Below, piece by piece: positions 41,153-51,647 of a DNA stretch of 64,000 nucleotides (positions are counted from its first letter, which is position 1; each line of letters starts with the position of its first letter). The notes under the pieces are model-generated. The model searched no databases and was not told where the DNA came from. It saw only the letters and a program-made list of their open reading frames with translations. The stretch is from Nitrosopumilaceae archaeon (GTDB lineage Archaea; Thermoproteota; Nitrososphaeria; Nitrososphaerales; Nitrosopumilaceae), in contig OZ242365.1 in assembly GCA_965208905.1 (NCBI GenBank), positions 480,001 to 544,000 on the forward strand, written 5' to 3'. A program made the translations under genes and the position numbers.

Positions 41153-42255
41153 ATTCGGCCGATGAAGAGTTTATCTCGCAGTGCTTGCGCAAGTACTATT
41201 ATGAGTATTTTGGAATAATTGACATTCCATCAAAATTAAACCGTCATGAGTTTGGGTACCAAAAACCCAACTCTCCAATGATACGACATATACAACTTCA
41301 GGATGCCGCCGAGCTGCGCAGCACACTGATGCAAGAGTTGCCTTTGGATGTCTTTCTCTCTTCGGCCCGCTACCTATTTCCTAGTCTACCAATGGCAGAG
41401 AAGGAGTGGCAGGATGCCGATTTAATCTTTGATATAGATGCCAAAGATTTGAATCTTGAGTGTCGTCCATCCCACACCGTCCAGATCTGCGCAACATGTG
41501 GTAAGGTAAATAATAAAGGGTGTGCGTGTGACTCTCCCCAAATTAAGGATGTGTCTGTAACATGTGACAGATGCATAAATGCATCAAAAAAAGAGGTAAA
41601 AAAATTACTTGACATATTATATGACGATATTGGAATAAAAGAGTCACAGACTGAGGTTTATTTTTCTGGCAATGATGGATTTCACATTCATGTGCACGAT
41701 TTAAAATTTTTAAATTTAAATTCTTTAGAGCGCTCTGAGCTGGTCGACTATGTAATGTGTAATGGCATACTTCCAGAGAGATTAGGGATGAAGAGGGAGG
41801 GTGCAACATCACTGCCACAGCTGACTGATGCAGGGTGGCCGGGTAGATTTGCCCGTCACATGTTCGGCTCAAAAACGGCACGCCCGAAAGAAATTAAAAA
41901 AATTACAGCAGACGGCTATGCACGATTTACAGACACATTAAAGAGACTCTCACATACATTAGGGGCTTGTATAGACTCTGGTGTGACTACGGATGTGCAT
42001 CGGATATTTCGCATGCCCGGAACCATAAACGGAAAGAGTGGTATGACAAAGATGGCCTGTCCGGATATAGCCAAATTTAATCCCTACAAGGATGCGGTTC
42101 TCATAAATGACAATAAAGTCACAGTAAACGCATTGTGCCCAATCCCGTTTAAATTAATGAATAAAAAATTTGGTCCGTATAATAATAAAGATGTAGACAT
42201 ACCCTCATACGCGGCCATGTACCTGATGTGTAAGGGGTTGGCGCACAGGGTGTAG
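41149..42255 (+). CDS. priS: DNA primase small subunit
   Basis: HEFG, DLIFDID, FSGNDGFH, RIFRMPGT. Confidence 0.93.
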   Translation: MNSADEEFISQCLRKYYYEYFGIIDIPSKLNRHEFGYQKPNSPMIRHIQLQDAAELRSTLMQELPLDVFLSSARYLFPSLPMAEKEWQDADLIFDIDAKDLNLECRPSHTVQICATCGKVNNKGCACDSPQIKDVSVTCDRCINASKKEVKKLLDILYDDIGIKESQTEVYFSGNDGFHIHVHDLKFLNLNSLERSELVDYVMCNGILPERLGMKREGATSLPQLTDAGWPGRFARHMFGSKTARPKEIKKITADGYARFTDTLKRLSHTLGACIDSGVTTDVHRIFRMPGTINGKSGMTKMACPDIAKFNPYKDAVLINDNKVTVNALCPIPFKLMNKKFGPYNNKDVDIPSYAAMYLMCKGLAHRV

Positions 42256-42260
42256 TGGTT

Positions 42261-43745
42261 TTATTTTTCGGAATTTTTTTTTATTTGCTCTATTATATCG
42301 TCTATTTTATTCCAGATTTTATATAATGCATCAGCGGGGTGGTCTTTATCCAACTTCACCTGTAAAAACGCAGACTCCAGCTCTTTACGCCTATCTTGAA
42401 TCATACGGCTCTGCTCTTTTGTGGATGTACTTCCCATGGAGCGGCGCTTGTACGCCGACTCTCGTGTGGTACACTGATTAAATATATTAAGTATTATTTT
42501 TGCATCCAAGGTCGTAGTACTCGCTATCTCCTCATGGGTAAGATCAATCAACTCTTTGTCCTGTGAACGTGCCACAGACACCAGCGCACCCACCTCCATA
42601 TGCGCCTGACGAAAAGGTATATTTTTTTCTACTAATTTTTCTGCAACGTCTAATGCCAATAGGTGGCCGGTCTTGGCGGATTTAAACATGCGATGTTTGT
42701 CTATATTCAGATTAATCAGTATTAGAAACATTGCTTGTAGTGCCCCCTGTGCACTACTTGATGCACTCCATACAGCCTCCTTTGTCTCTTGCAAGTCTCG
42801 ACCATATCCGGTTGCCAGTCCCTTCTGTATGGTTAGAACAGATGTCAAATATCCAATCGTACTGGCAGCCTTTCCCCGTATCAACTCTAACACATCAGGG
42901 TTTTTCTTCTGAGGCATTATACTGGATGGTGATGTTAATGCATCCTTTATTGTAATAAAAGAGAATTCACTACTAGACCATATTACAAAGTCTTCGGCCA
43001 TTCTGCTGAGGTTGACCATCATTATGGCCACACATGATGCAAACTCAGACATGTAGTCACGTGAACTAGTTGCATCTAGAGAGTTCTCCTGTATATCAGA
43101 GAATTCCAGTATGTTGGTTGTCACATCCCTGTCTATGGGAATATTGGTTCCTCCTACCGGCCCCGAACCCAATGGATTTGTATCTAAACGTTTGTACAAG
43201 CTCGAGAATCTTTCATAGTCTCTAAACAGCACATCTACATACGCCATAAAGTAATGTGATAGTACTCCCACCTGTGCATGTTGTAGGTGTGTATATAATG
43301 GAACGATGGTCTCTTTGTTGTCTGTGGCAAGCTCCAAAAGGACCTCTATTAGTTGTAGCGTAAACGTCTGTATTATGGTGGTGTCATGGCGCAGTTTCAT
43401 CTTTATAGCAGTCACCACCTGATCATTTCGTGAGCGCCCGGTCTGTATCTTTCCTCCGGTATCATCGCCCACCGTATCTGTGATGTACCCCTCCAGCACT
43501 TCATGCCAGTCTTCGGCTTTTTTACTGATGATACTGGCGTCAATTCCTTCCTGTTTCAGCTCTTTGAGGGTTGTCAGTATCTTGATGGTGTCGGACTTTG
43601 ATATTATTTTGGACTTGTATAGCATTATTGTGTGAGCTGCAGTTCCTGCAATATCAAAGGCGGCTATCTTTATGTCTGAACGTACTGAACTTACAAACTC
43701 CCGGGCTACATTATCTAAATCATCATCAAGGCTGCTTCTATACAT
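42261..43745 (-). CDS. argH: Argininosuccinate lyase
   Basis: GRSRNDQV, YTHLQHAQ, SSIMPQKKNPD; start MYRSS at 43745. Confidence 0.95.
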   Translation of the reverse strand: MYRSSLDDDLDNVAREFVSSVRSDIKIAAFDIAGTAAHTIMLYKSKIISKSDTIKILTTLKELKQEGIDASIISKKAEDWHEVLEGYITDTVGDDTGGKIQTGRSRNDQVVTAIKMKLRHDTTIIQTFTLQLIEVLLELATDNKETIVPLYTHLQHAQVGVLSHYFMAYVDVLFRDYERFSSLYKRLDTNPLGSGPVGGTNIPIDRDVTTNILEFSDIQENSLDATSSRDYMSEFASCVAIMMVNLSRMAEDFVIWSSSEFSFITIKDALTSPSSIMPQKKNPDVLELIRGKAASTIGYLTSVLTIQKGLATGYGRDLQETKEAVWSASSSAQGALQAMFLILINLNIDKHRMFKSAKTGHLLALDVAEKLVEKNIPFRQAHMEVGALVSVARSQDKELIDLTHEEIASTTTLDAKIILNIFNQCTTRESAYKRRSMGSTSTKEQSRMIQDRRKELESAFLQVKLDKDHPADALYKIWNKIDDIIEQIKKNSEK

Positions 43746-43846
43746 GCCATCTATAATTAATTGCCCAATATAGGCATTTGATTTTATTTTGGTATGGCAA
43801 CTTTTGTTTTTTGTATTAAATTTAGTTCGTTTATTGTACAGAAATA

Positions 43847-45169
43847 TCACAGATACTCTGATAGATGCACATTCTCAATGTTGGGTATACGGGCAACCTC
43901 AAAACCTTCGGGTCGACGGTCCAGTGGTATTGTGGCATCTATGCCCATCTTGGCTGTCTTGAGATTTTTTTGATCACTAGACGGATCCAGACTCGAGCCC
44001 CGCACATTCTGTTTTATTATTATGTCCTTGTCTGCCTGAAATCTGGTGGCCAGAGCGTACTCGACAGCTTCGGCATCATCGACATCTATATCATCATCCA
44101 CCACTGTTACGCACTTTAAGGACCTGTGCGCATCAAATGTCTTCTCTATTATCTCTCTTGCATCAGACTCGCTCCTCTTCTTTATACTTACTACTGCATG
44201 TAACCAGTTACAACCACCATTACTCAGGGATGCGGATGTGGCTATCGTACCGTCTAATGCACCATTTATCTTTGACTCCACAGGCATGCCCATCAACAAT
44301 CGGTGTTCTGCGTATCCGGATAGTACATCATGATATATTGGATCATCCTTTGTATGTACAGACTCGACCTCAAAGACAGGCTGCTGACGTTTGTAGTCGT
44401 ATGTCTGTAGCATCTCCACCATCCACTCTTCGTGTGTTACATCCTGCAGTATGCGCCCTTGTATGACTATCTCGGTCTTCTCGGGTACGTGCAGGCCTGA
44501 CCATTCCAATGGAGACATCTTTAGTGTGCCGCCGGTTATGGCATTGGCTATGCCCATCTCATCGCAGCCCCACTGGGCCTGATAGGCTCCAGCAATCAGT
44601 ATGGATGGATGCACCCCCACTGCTATGGCCACCCTCAAATCCTCGCCGTGCTCTTTGGCATATACATAACATCGGTGTAGATGCCGCCCATCCACCATTC
44701 GTATGGAAAAGTGCTTATCATCTATGGGCATCATTCTATGAACCGAAGAGTTTTGCTGGTGGGTGTCAGGGTTTGGTGCAAAGACCAACGAGGATGTTAT
44801 GAATGGTCCGGGCTCTTTCTCAAAGTGCGTTACTATGGGTAATACATCTGTGGTCTTGTATGTATTCTTCATAAAGTGGCCATGTCCTGTAACATCAGGT
44901 GGTGTTGCGCCACGGATGGCCATCATAATACGCTGGTGTATCTGAGTATCAGCAACACCGAGTGCTGCGGCAAACATCTGACGATTACCCACAATGTTGG
45001 TTACCAATCTACAGTCATCATATCCATCAATACTCTCAAAGAGTAGTGCTTTTTTGGTCTGGGCTGTCAATGCAGCAATCTCATACTTTACAGAGACATT
45101 ACGCTTTATTCGATGTAGTAGTCCTTTATCTTCTATATCACAGATGTGTCTTCGTATATCATCACTCAT
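43847..45169 (-). CDS. UbiD-family prFMN decarboxylase (possibly anhydromevalonate phosphate decarboxylase)
   Basis: N.S.HR, VDDDID, GSSLDPS, KMGIDAT. Confidence 0.88.
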   Translation of the reverse strand: MSDDIRRHICDIEDKGLLHRIKRNVSVKYEIAALTAQTKKALLFESIDGYDDCRLVTNIVGNRQMFAAALGVADTQIHQRIMMAIRGATPPDVTGHGHFMKNTYKTTDVLPIVTHFEKEPGPFITSSLVFAPNPDTHQQNSSVHRMMPIDDKHFSIRMVDGRHLHRCYVYAKEHGEDLRVAIAVGVHPSILIAGAYQAQWGCDEMGIANAITGGTLKMSPLEWSGLHVPEKTEIVIQGRILQDVTHEEWMVEMLQTYDYKRQQPVFEVESVHTKDDPIYHDVLSGYAEHRLLMGMPVESKINGALDGTIATSASLSNGGCNWLHAVVSIKKRSESDAREIIEKTFDAHRSLKCVTVVDDDIDVDDAEAVEYALATRFQADKDIIIKQNVRGSSLDPSSDQKNLKTAKMGIDATIPLDRRPEGFEVARIPNIENVHLSEYL

Positions 45170-45498
45170 AATGCCATCATATCGAGCTCACTCATAATAC
45201 CTTTTGCCATCTCTGCAGATATATTCTGTATGTTAGCCGACAATAACACGATACCGTTTAGTCGTGTAGCCAGTCGCTCTGCTGCCAGCCTCATAAATAA
45301 TGATTCGGACTTTGAGGGTATCACCTGAGTGGTGGTGGGTACAGACTTGTTATACAATGATGCCACAACCGCTCCTAACCGCTCCTCGCCTTCGGATATG
45401 GAGACGAAGCAACCGTTCTGAAACTGTAGTATTCGTAAAGAAAAAGTACGTCCCTCCACACAGACGGACTTTTCTCCAAGTCCGTGTGGAGGGTTCAA
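45166..45498 (-). CDS. Proteasome assembly chaperone 4-like protein
   Basis: F.NGCFVSISEG..RLG; LAAERLA. Confidence 0.6.
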   Translation of the reverse strand: MNPPHGLGEKSVCVEGRTFSLRILQFQNGCFVSISEGEERLGAVVASLYNKSVPTTTQVIPSKSESLFMRLAAERLATRLNGIVLLSANIQNISAEMAKGIMSELDMMAL

Positions 45499-45503
45499 TA
45501 CCC

Positions 45504-45749
45504 TTAAACCTGCGCAGCTAGAGACTCCACCTTTGAATCGGCTTCTGCCTCTACTCTGGCACGTAACTTAGCCTTGTACTTGAGGTTTCTAGGCTTTGTT
45601 CGTAGTCTGTAACCGCAACATGGACACCAGAGACCTTCCCATTTGATAAAGATCTCACATATCTGGCAACGACGTTGTCCTGATGCATATCTTCCGGTTC
45701 CAACCGGCTTTTGGGCTTTATGTCTTACGCATATTCCTTTGCATGTCAT
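45504..45749 (-). CDS. Conserved thaumarchaeal Zn-finger protein
   Basis: MTCKGICVRHKA...RCQIC...CPCCGYRLRTKPR. Confidence 0.85.
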   Translation of the reverse strand: MTCKGICVRHKAQKPVGTGRYASGQRRCQICEIFIKWEGLWCPCCGYRLRTKPRNLKYKAKLRARVEAEADSKVESLAAQV

Positions 45750-45932
45750 CTTTGTACTTATATTAGAATTACATGGTATTTAAAATTGAATTAGAAATTT
45801 TCACTGAATATGACAATATTTTTTACATATATTGGAAGTTATAAATTCACAAAAAAAAATAGTGCATGTAAAACCATCAAATTCTACATTTTTAACATCT
45901 TCCGTGGAGGCAAACAATTTGGTTATATAAAT

Positions 45933-46976
45933 CTACCTCTGATATAGTGTCTTTTCGATATTCAAGTTCAAAACAATCTCTGCTATGTCTACAGAGTACT
46001 CTGCTATACGTCGAATATTAGCTGCTATCTCGCGGGTCCGGAATACTATCTCACTATCCCATATGCCATCTGTTATCTTGTGCAGTTTTTTATCAAACTC
46101 GGATATCTGCGCAGCTTTGATGATGGTTGCCTCGGCCTGGTGGTAGTCGTCCTTGAAGAGTGCAAGACACGCATCATCTAGTACGGAGAGCGCAAATGTA
46201 TTCATATCTTGTAGTATGGCTATGGCTTCAGGATCTATCTTTTTATCGAATTCCAGGACATCTCTAGCTATCAATACGGCGTGGTCACCCATTCGTTCGA
46301 TACATTTTACTAGTATTCTGTATCCAAGGCAGCTTCGAGCGTTCTTGAATCCTATCTCCTTTAGTATATGATCGTTTTGTATAGCTATCTTTAGTTGTCG
46401 TATTATGTAAAAGCCGAATCGGTCTATCTCATCATCCATGTTGGTGACTTCGGTTGCTAGCTCCTTGTTGTTCTCCTGTACTGCTGATAGTGCATCCCGG
46501 GAGACAGACTTTGCCAAATGCACCATCCTCTTGAATGCGCCCTCAACTGTCAGCTCCAACAGGTTGATGAGTACCTGTATTGTAATTATTGTGGAAGAGT
46601 CAGATATTATCTCAGAGCCCATCAGAATTCTTCTTACTGACTCTTTGATGTGCAGACGCTGGTTTGGCCGCAGCCTATTGGTCTTTGGTTTGACATGTAT
46701 GGTTTTGAATCCCATAAAGTATAGTGATATGAGTTTGCGGGTTATGGATGGGGGCTTTTCGTTGGGATCAATCTCTATTGTGGCTGCCTCTGCGTGTGCG
46801 GTCTTTGGCTGGACGCTGGGCGGATATAGTATGAGGTTGGTCGAGCCACTCTTGGATATGCGAATTTGATCTCCCTGCTTTAGACCCAGCTCCAAAATCC
46901 AATGCTTTGGGAGTGATATTATATATGAGGATCTGCCGGTGTACTGTATCTTTCTAGTTTCGTACTTCTCCGTCAT
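45933..46976 (-). CDS. phoU: AbrB-domain phosphate uptake regulator, PhoU family
   Basis: RKIQYTGRSSYIISLPK.W; DDEIDRF; IERMGDHA. Confidence 0.9.
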   Translation of the reverse strand: MTEKYETRKIQYTGRSSYIISLPKHWILELGLKQGDQIRISKSGSTNLILYPPSVQPKTAHAEAATIEIDPNEKPPSITRKLISLYFMGFKTIHVKPKTNRLRPNQRLHIKESVRRILMGSEIISDSSTIITIQVLINLLELTVEGAFKRMVHLAKSVSRDALSAVQENNKELATEVTNMDDEIDRFGFYIIRQLKIAIQNDHILKEIGFKNARSCLGYRILVKCIERMGDHAVLIARDVLEFDKKIDPEAIAILQDMNTFALSVLDDACLALFKDDYHQAEATIIKAAQISEFDKKLHKITDGIWDSEIVFRTREIAANIRRIAEYSVDIAEIVLNLNIEKTLYQR

Positions 46977-47097
46977 TATACATGAATGTATATTGGTCTA
47001 TATAGAATAATCGGGTCTCCCACAAGTTTTGGTGATGTGTGGAAAGTTTGAATCTTTGATCTTTTATCACAATAGACATCACTACATTAGGAGGGTC

Positions 47098-48337
47098 ATG
47101 TATAGGAGTGACCAACATTATCCTCTAAGGATATTGGACGCAAAAAAACTGACCATTAAAGATCACCATCCCCCTACACTAAAACCCGTATGCCAAAATC
47201 AGATTCCTGCTACATTACATCACTATTCTAACCCCTCAAAACCTACGTGCCGTAAAATGATTCCCTGCGGTTCTCTGTACTGTAAGGCTTGCCGTCATGT
47301 CTGGTGTGCCCAAAAACGTGGCATTATATCCTATGGTGCTAATATACTGCAAGACTCTCAAGGATACTTTGTTACATTGACCATACAAGGCTCTAAAAAT
47401 ATGCTGAATCGTCTCATGGATGCCTACAGACAGTTCCGCAAAAACGTCCTGAATCGTTACTATAAAGGCTCATACTATGTTACCATGCTTGAATTCGGTA
47501 CAAAATCTACAAAACGTCCTCATCTACATTTATTGATATATCCGCTTAGTGACCTTCCCACCTGCGGTAAACGTTCTCTGTATTACAGAGTCTACATGGC
47601 AAAAAACCCTCTATCCGGATGCTTTACTGATGCAAAAACGAATAACTGGTTCTGGTCTTGGACGTGTCTTTCATATACAAAAACCCCGTCATGGCTCCGC
47701 TGGTGCTGTCTCCTATGTTGGTAAATACCTCTCAAAAGTCCCTCGTAAAACTGCTAAAATCAACCGTGCTAATACTCGAATGTTCAACTGCTCTAGGAAT
47801 TGGCCTCGCCTAAGACCGTTACCCATATTCTTCTACTCTAACTTAAAATTCGATAAGGGTCATGAGTATGATCATCTTCCCAGTACGCCTCCTCTACCTA
47901 ACTCTCCTCAAGAATTACTCTACATGCGTAAAAAATCCCTCAAAGTATGGACAAAACCCCTCTTTGATAAAATACCTCCTGAAAAACTCTTCTTGATGCT
48001 AAAACACTTCAAGTACTCTTACCAAAAATACTATTACGAAAAGCATAAAATTGAAAAATATGTCTATAAACAGGAAAAATTATACGATGCTCAACTTAAC
48101 GAGTGGCTCTCTGTGTTTAATATGTCTGGTTTGCTGTCTGCCTCTGTTATTGACTTGCCTAAGATTCCGTCTTCTATTGATGTTCTTCTTGCACTAACGC
48201 CTTTCTTGGATGAAAAAGATACTGCTCTTGATAACTTCCGTGAGTGTGGCTATTATGGTTCTGTTACTCTATTGCACTGGCTCTCAAAACGTGAGAACTT
48301 TGACTATGTACATAAACTCGTTTGTACTTCCTTATGA
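47098..48337 (+). pseudogene. Rolling-circle replication HUH endonuclease (Rep), split by a frameshift near 47575-47605
   Basis: CGSLYCKAC Zn motif, motif I YFVTLT and motif II RPHLHLLI in ORF 47029-47724; motif III YVGKYLSK in ORF 47549-48337. Confidence 0.85.
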
Positions 48338-48523
48338 TATACCGTGCTGAATGTTACGTTGCTTGGTCTGGCGTGTTCGCCTCTGTATGATATTAGTACA
48401 TGTGATACAACATTGTGTGTTACTCTCGATATACATCTTACATCGTTCACATCTCATTACACTATATGACGTTATACACTTGGTCATACATCTATGGATA
48501 AAAATAATAAAAATTTTTATCAA
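48332..48523 (-). CDS. Small Zn-finger protein
   Basis: RCERC...CCITC...RR; loosely like the Zn-finger at 45504. Confidence 0.5.
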   Translation of the reverse strand: MIKIFIIFIHRCMTKCITSYSVMRCERCKMYIESNTQCCITCTNIIQRRTRQTKQRNIQHGIS

Positions 48524-48528
48524 ATTAG

Positions 48529-49755
48529 TTATTTCCAGTATTCGCTTCTTACTATATGTGTTAGAATAGCAGATCTTATTTCAACAAGAATATCTTGTCT
48601 GTCGTCTTCTGGTGTGTTTGTCAGTATTGTTTGTAGTAATTCTAGGTACTCTGTGACTGTGGGATGTTTCATGAATTGATCTATGTCTATTGTTGTCGTT
48701 GTCGTGTTTGTTGTCAGAATAAGGTTTGTGTTGACTTGCTCTTTTGTATCAATATCTTTTGCAGAAGCACCGCCATAAACAATAGTATTATCAAACTTGT
48801 TTGTGTTATTTGTATCAATATCTTTTGTGTGGTCTATGTAGTCATTGTCCTTGCCTAATATTTTCTGCTCGTTTATTGGCTCTGTCATACGTGGCACATT
48901 GATGTTACGTGCCTCCCAATAATCTCTAACATCATTAGCGTGTACTGTGTTCATTATGTGGTCTGGGTCTATATGGTGTGGTAATCCTATAAGATGCCCA
49001 AATTCGTGGGCTATTGTGTATTCTATCGCTGGCGCGCTTAGTAGTGTCTGTTGCTTACCTACATTTACATCTGTAAATAGTTGAATTGTACATTGTTCCT
49101 CATCAAATAGGCATCCTGGAATAGCGTTCCCCATTTGTCTACCGTCTCCTATGTGTTGTTGGATTACTATGTCCGCCTGTAATCTACTGTCTGTATAACT
49201 GAATGTTATATTGTTGATGTCTGCCCATTTGTCAAAACCTGCCTCTACGCCTGTTGTTACTATATTTTTGTAATTTGGTGGTAATTCTCTGTCTCGTGGT
49301 AAGTCTATTATCGTATATTTGTACTCGTCTTGTACTGTATTTACGTACCAATATCCGCATAGGCATTCGTGATGGGCTTGATATTCTTCTTCTGTTTTAT
49401 TTATACTACTCTTTACATTGTTAAGATATCTTTCCTCAGTCTCTTTATTCCCACATTCATCTCTTCGTTGATTAAGGGCGTTTATTTCATTTATTTTTTC
49501 TACTGATGGTGCAGTCCAACCATGAGAAATCCTAAATAGTGTATTTATATCACATGTTAGCCAGTGGCTCTCTACAAAACCATCATACCTATAATGTGCT
49601 TCTATGTGGTCTTTTGCCTTTTGTGTTTCCATTACAAAATTTCCTTCTGCAGTCTCTATCCATATGTGATTGTCTATATGGTCAGCATAGGCTGTCATGA
49701 CTGTTGTTAGTGCTATTGTTGTTACCATTGCTATTGTTATTATTGTATTGTTCAT
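48529..49755 (-). CDS. Secreted matrixin-like (metzincin, M10-type) Zn metalloprotease
   Basis: Signal peptide ending AYA; HEFGHLIGLPH followed by Met-turn HIM. Confidence 0.88.
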   Translation of the reverse strand: MNNTIITIAMVTTIALTTVMTAYADHIDNHIWIETAEGNFVMETQKAKDHIEAHYRYDGFVESHWLTCDINTLFRISHGWTAPSVEKINEINALNQRRDECGNKETEERYLNNVKSSINKTEEEYQAHHECLCGYWYVNTVQDEYKYTIIDLPRDRELPPNYKNIVTTGVEAGFDKWADINNITFSYTDSRLQADIVIQQHIGDGRQMGNAIPGCLFDEEQCTIQLFTDVNVGKQQTLLSAPAIEYTIAHEFGHLIGLPHHIDPDHIMNTVHANDVRDYWEARNINVPRMTEPINEQKILGKDNDYIDHTKDIDTNNTNKFDNTIVYGGASAKDIDTKEQVNTNLILTTNTTTTTIDIDQFMKHPTVTEYLELLQTILTNTPEDDRQDILVEIRSAILTHIVRSEYWK

Positions 49756-50075
49756 TGTGGTCTCTCCTGTCCTTTTCCTTCTTTCATGTTTTTTTCTATA
49801 ATAAGTGCTCCCTTCATTAATCCAATTTCATGACTGTTGTCTATTGCTTCTTGGACTATACGTTCTGGGCTTATTCCTTTGTGCTTTCCTATCGCCTCTA
49901 CTTGTTTGTATAATTCGTTACTAATTTCTATAGGTTTGTATGTGCCGTATTCCGCTTTTATTCCTTCTCTGACTATGTCGTCTGTTTTTTTGTTGCCTTG
50001 TGCTTTGTATTCTTCTAGTGCTTTGTGTGTGTCTTCTGTTATCATTATCTCTCTTGTTGCTTTCTCTTTTGTCAT
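49752..50075 (-). CDS. Tandem ribbon-helix-helix-like regulator
   Basis: Two units (EIMITEDTHKALEEY..DDIVREGI; PIEISNELYKQVEAI..ERIVQEAI); ATGA overlap with the protease. Confidence 0.6.
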   Translation of the reverse strand: MTKEKATREIMITEDTHKALEEYKAQGNKKTDDIVREGIKAEYGTYKPIEISNELYKQVEAIGKHKGISPERIVQEAIDNSHEIGLMKGALIIEKNMKEGKGQERPQ

Positions 50076-50290
50076 TGTTGTTGCTTGTGCTTTGTGTGTA
50101 TTATGTTATTTGTCCTTCAAACTAATACCCACAGTCTCTAAATTCCTGTGCTTGTGGGGAGGGACCAGCAATCGTAAATATTGGGAATTATATACAAAAG
50201 TACACAACCCCAATTCTGAGAGTTAATGCCTGAACCACGGATCGCGTCCATACAACTCCCCTTAAATACTAGCATACCGTATTATATATC

Positions 50291-51642
50291 ATGATACGGG
50301 TAGTTAAGGTACCGCTACGGAGGGATGTGTTGTTTGCAGAGTGGGCGCACCGCACGAATCATGCGTCAAGATATGTGTACAACCGCGCCGTATCAGAGTA
50401 TTTGTTTGGTGGCGAATATAGGAGAGGGTGGTAGTGGACATCCTGCAGCCCTTCAAACTGCCGGGCAAGCTGGATTTTACATCAGGTATGCTGGACGATG
50501 ACTACCATACATATGATTTTGGGCCATCAAAGAATGTATTAAAGTACGGCATGTTCAAGCAGCTTACGGAGTGGCGCGCTGAACATGCATGGGTATCTGA
50601 CTTGCCTATGGTGTTTGGCAGGGGCGCCATACAAGATGCCTCTATCGCATGTAGAAGAGTTGTAGATGACAACTCCGGCCATGCGCCATACCGCCGCAAA
50701 GACGGCCGCATCATACTATACAGTGTAAATCCGCCTGTACGAAAAGGTGAGCACACCATACATATCCCCGGATATGGTATTGTAGAGACCGCCAAGCCCA
50801 TCGATGTATCGTGGGACATGCGGTCATTCAAGATAGTTGATGTCACCAAACGGGTGGACAAGCATACAAAGCCGTCAGACCACATGTTTGAGCTGCATAT
50901 TGCCGTGCGTGTACCGGTCGAGCCACACCATAATACAGGTGTAATGCGTGGCGTCGATGTGGGCGGCAAGCACCTGGCAGTTACTGTCGACACAAATGGC
51001 AATGTTACAATACACAACACCCGCCATAGAGCAATCCTGCGGGAGATTGACGCGCTAAAGAGTTTGCGCGACCGCAAGACACGGCATGGCCGGAAGTGGC
51101 ATATATTGAATGACCAAATAAAGCGGCTATACAGGAAGGCCAACAACATAGCCGCGAACACGATAAATCAGACGATTGCGCAGATAACTAGTGGTGTGGA
51201 CGCAGTCGTGGTCGAGTCGCTCTCCGTAAAGGACATGACCACACATGGTGGGAATTACAAACGCGCTATGAACCGTTCAATGCGGGAGAACCATGTTGGG
51301 GAGTTCCTGCGCAAGCTTGCGCAGTGGTGTGAGATACACAACATACCGCTGTTGGGGGCATCTGCCAAATACACGAGCCAGACGTGCCATGTGTGTGGTC
51401 ACGTAGACTCAGAGTCGCGTATATCACGCGACAAATTCATTTGCACAAATTGTACCAGGGTATTCCACGCGGATGTCAATGCCGCCTGGAATATTCTGTA
51501 TAGGGCGGCGGGGAACGTCGTCCTAAGACGGCCGGGGCACAAGGAGGGCTACAAGCCAACACCTTCTATGCTCCACTCCATACAACGAAGTCGTCAGAAA
51601 AGGCATGAGTGTACAGCCGAGGCTGTGTACTTTTGTATATAA
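50291..51642 (+). CDS. tnpB: RNA-guided endonuclease TnpB (~450 aa), 1-bp frameshift near 50420-50430
   Basis: N-terminal MIRVVKVPL...SRYVYNRAV from ATG 50291; in ORF 50428-51642 RuvC-I GVDVG, RuvC-II VVVESL, YTSQTCHVC...CTNC, RuvC-III HADVNAAWNIL. Confidence 0.9.
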
Positions 51643-51647
51643 TTCCC
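51495..51647 (+). ncRNA. Putative omegaRNA scaffold overlapping the tnpB 3' end
   Basis: Position between RuvC-III and element end, as in known TnpB loci; 9-bp hairpin with two G-U pairs at 51609-51630; boundaries inferred. Confidence 0.5.

Larger units (their letters stand above)
47014..50166. mobile_element. 3.15-kb inserted cassette (HUH Rep + Zn-finger + metalloprotease + RHH-like) with degenerate inverted ends
   Basis: Left ggtctcccacaag...agtttgaa vs right reverse complement ggtccctccccacaag...agtttgaa; flanks aataatcg / agcaatcg (6/8); strongly T-rich plus strand. Confidence 0.65.
50183..51647 (+). mobile_element. Non-autonomous TIR transposon whose only cargo is tnpB (24-bp perfect TIRs, 8-bp TSD)
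   Basis: gggaattatatacaaaagtacaca at 50183-50206 and exact reverse complement at 51624-51647; taaatatt at 50175-50182 and 51648-51655. Confidence 0.92.

Noticed and set aside
50428-51642. Cas12f / type V CRISPR effector
   Set aside because: No CRISPR array or cas1/cas2 nearby; transposon ends flank the gene, so TnpB fits better.
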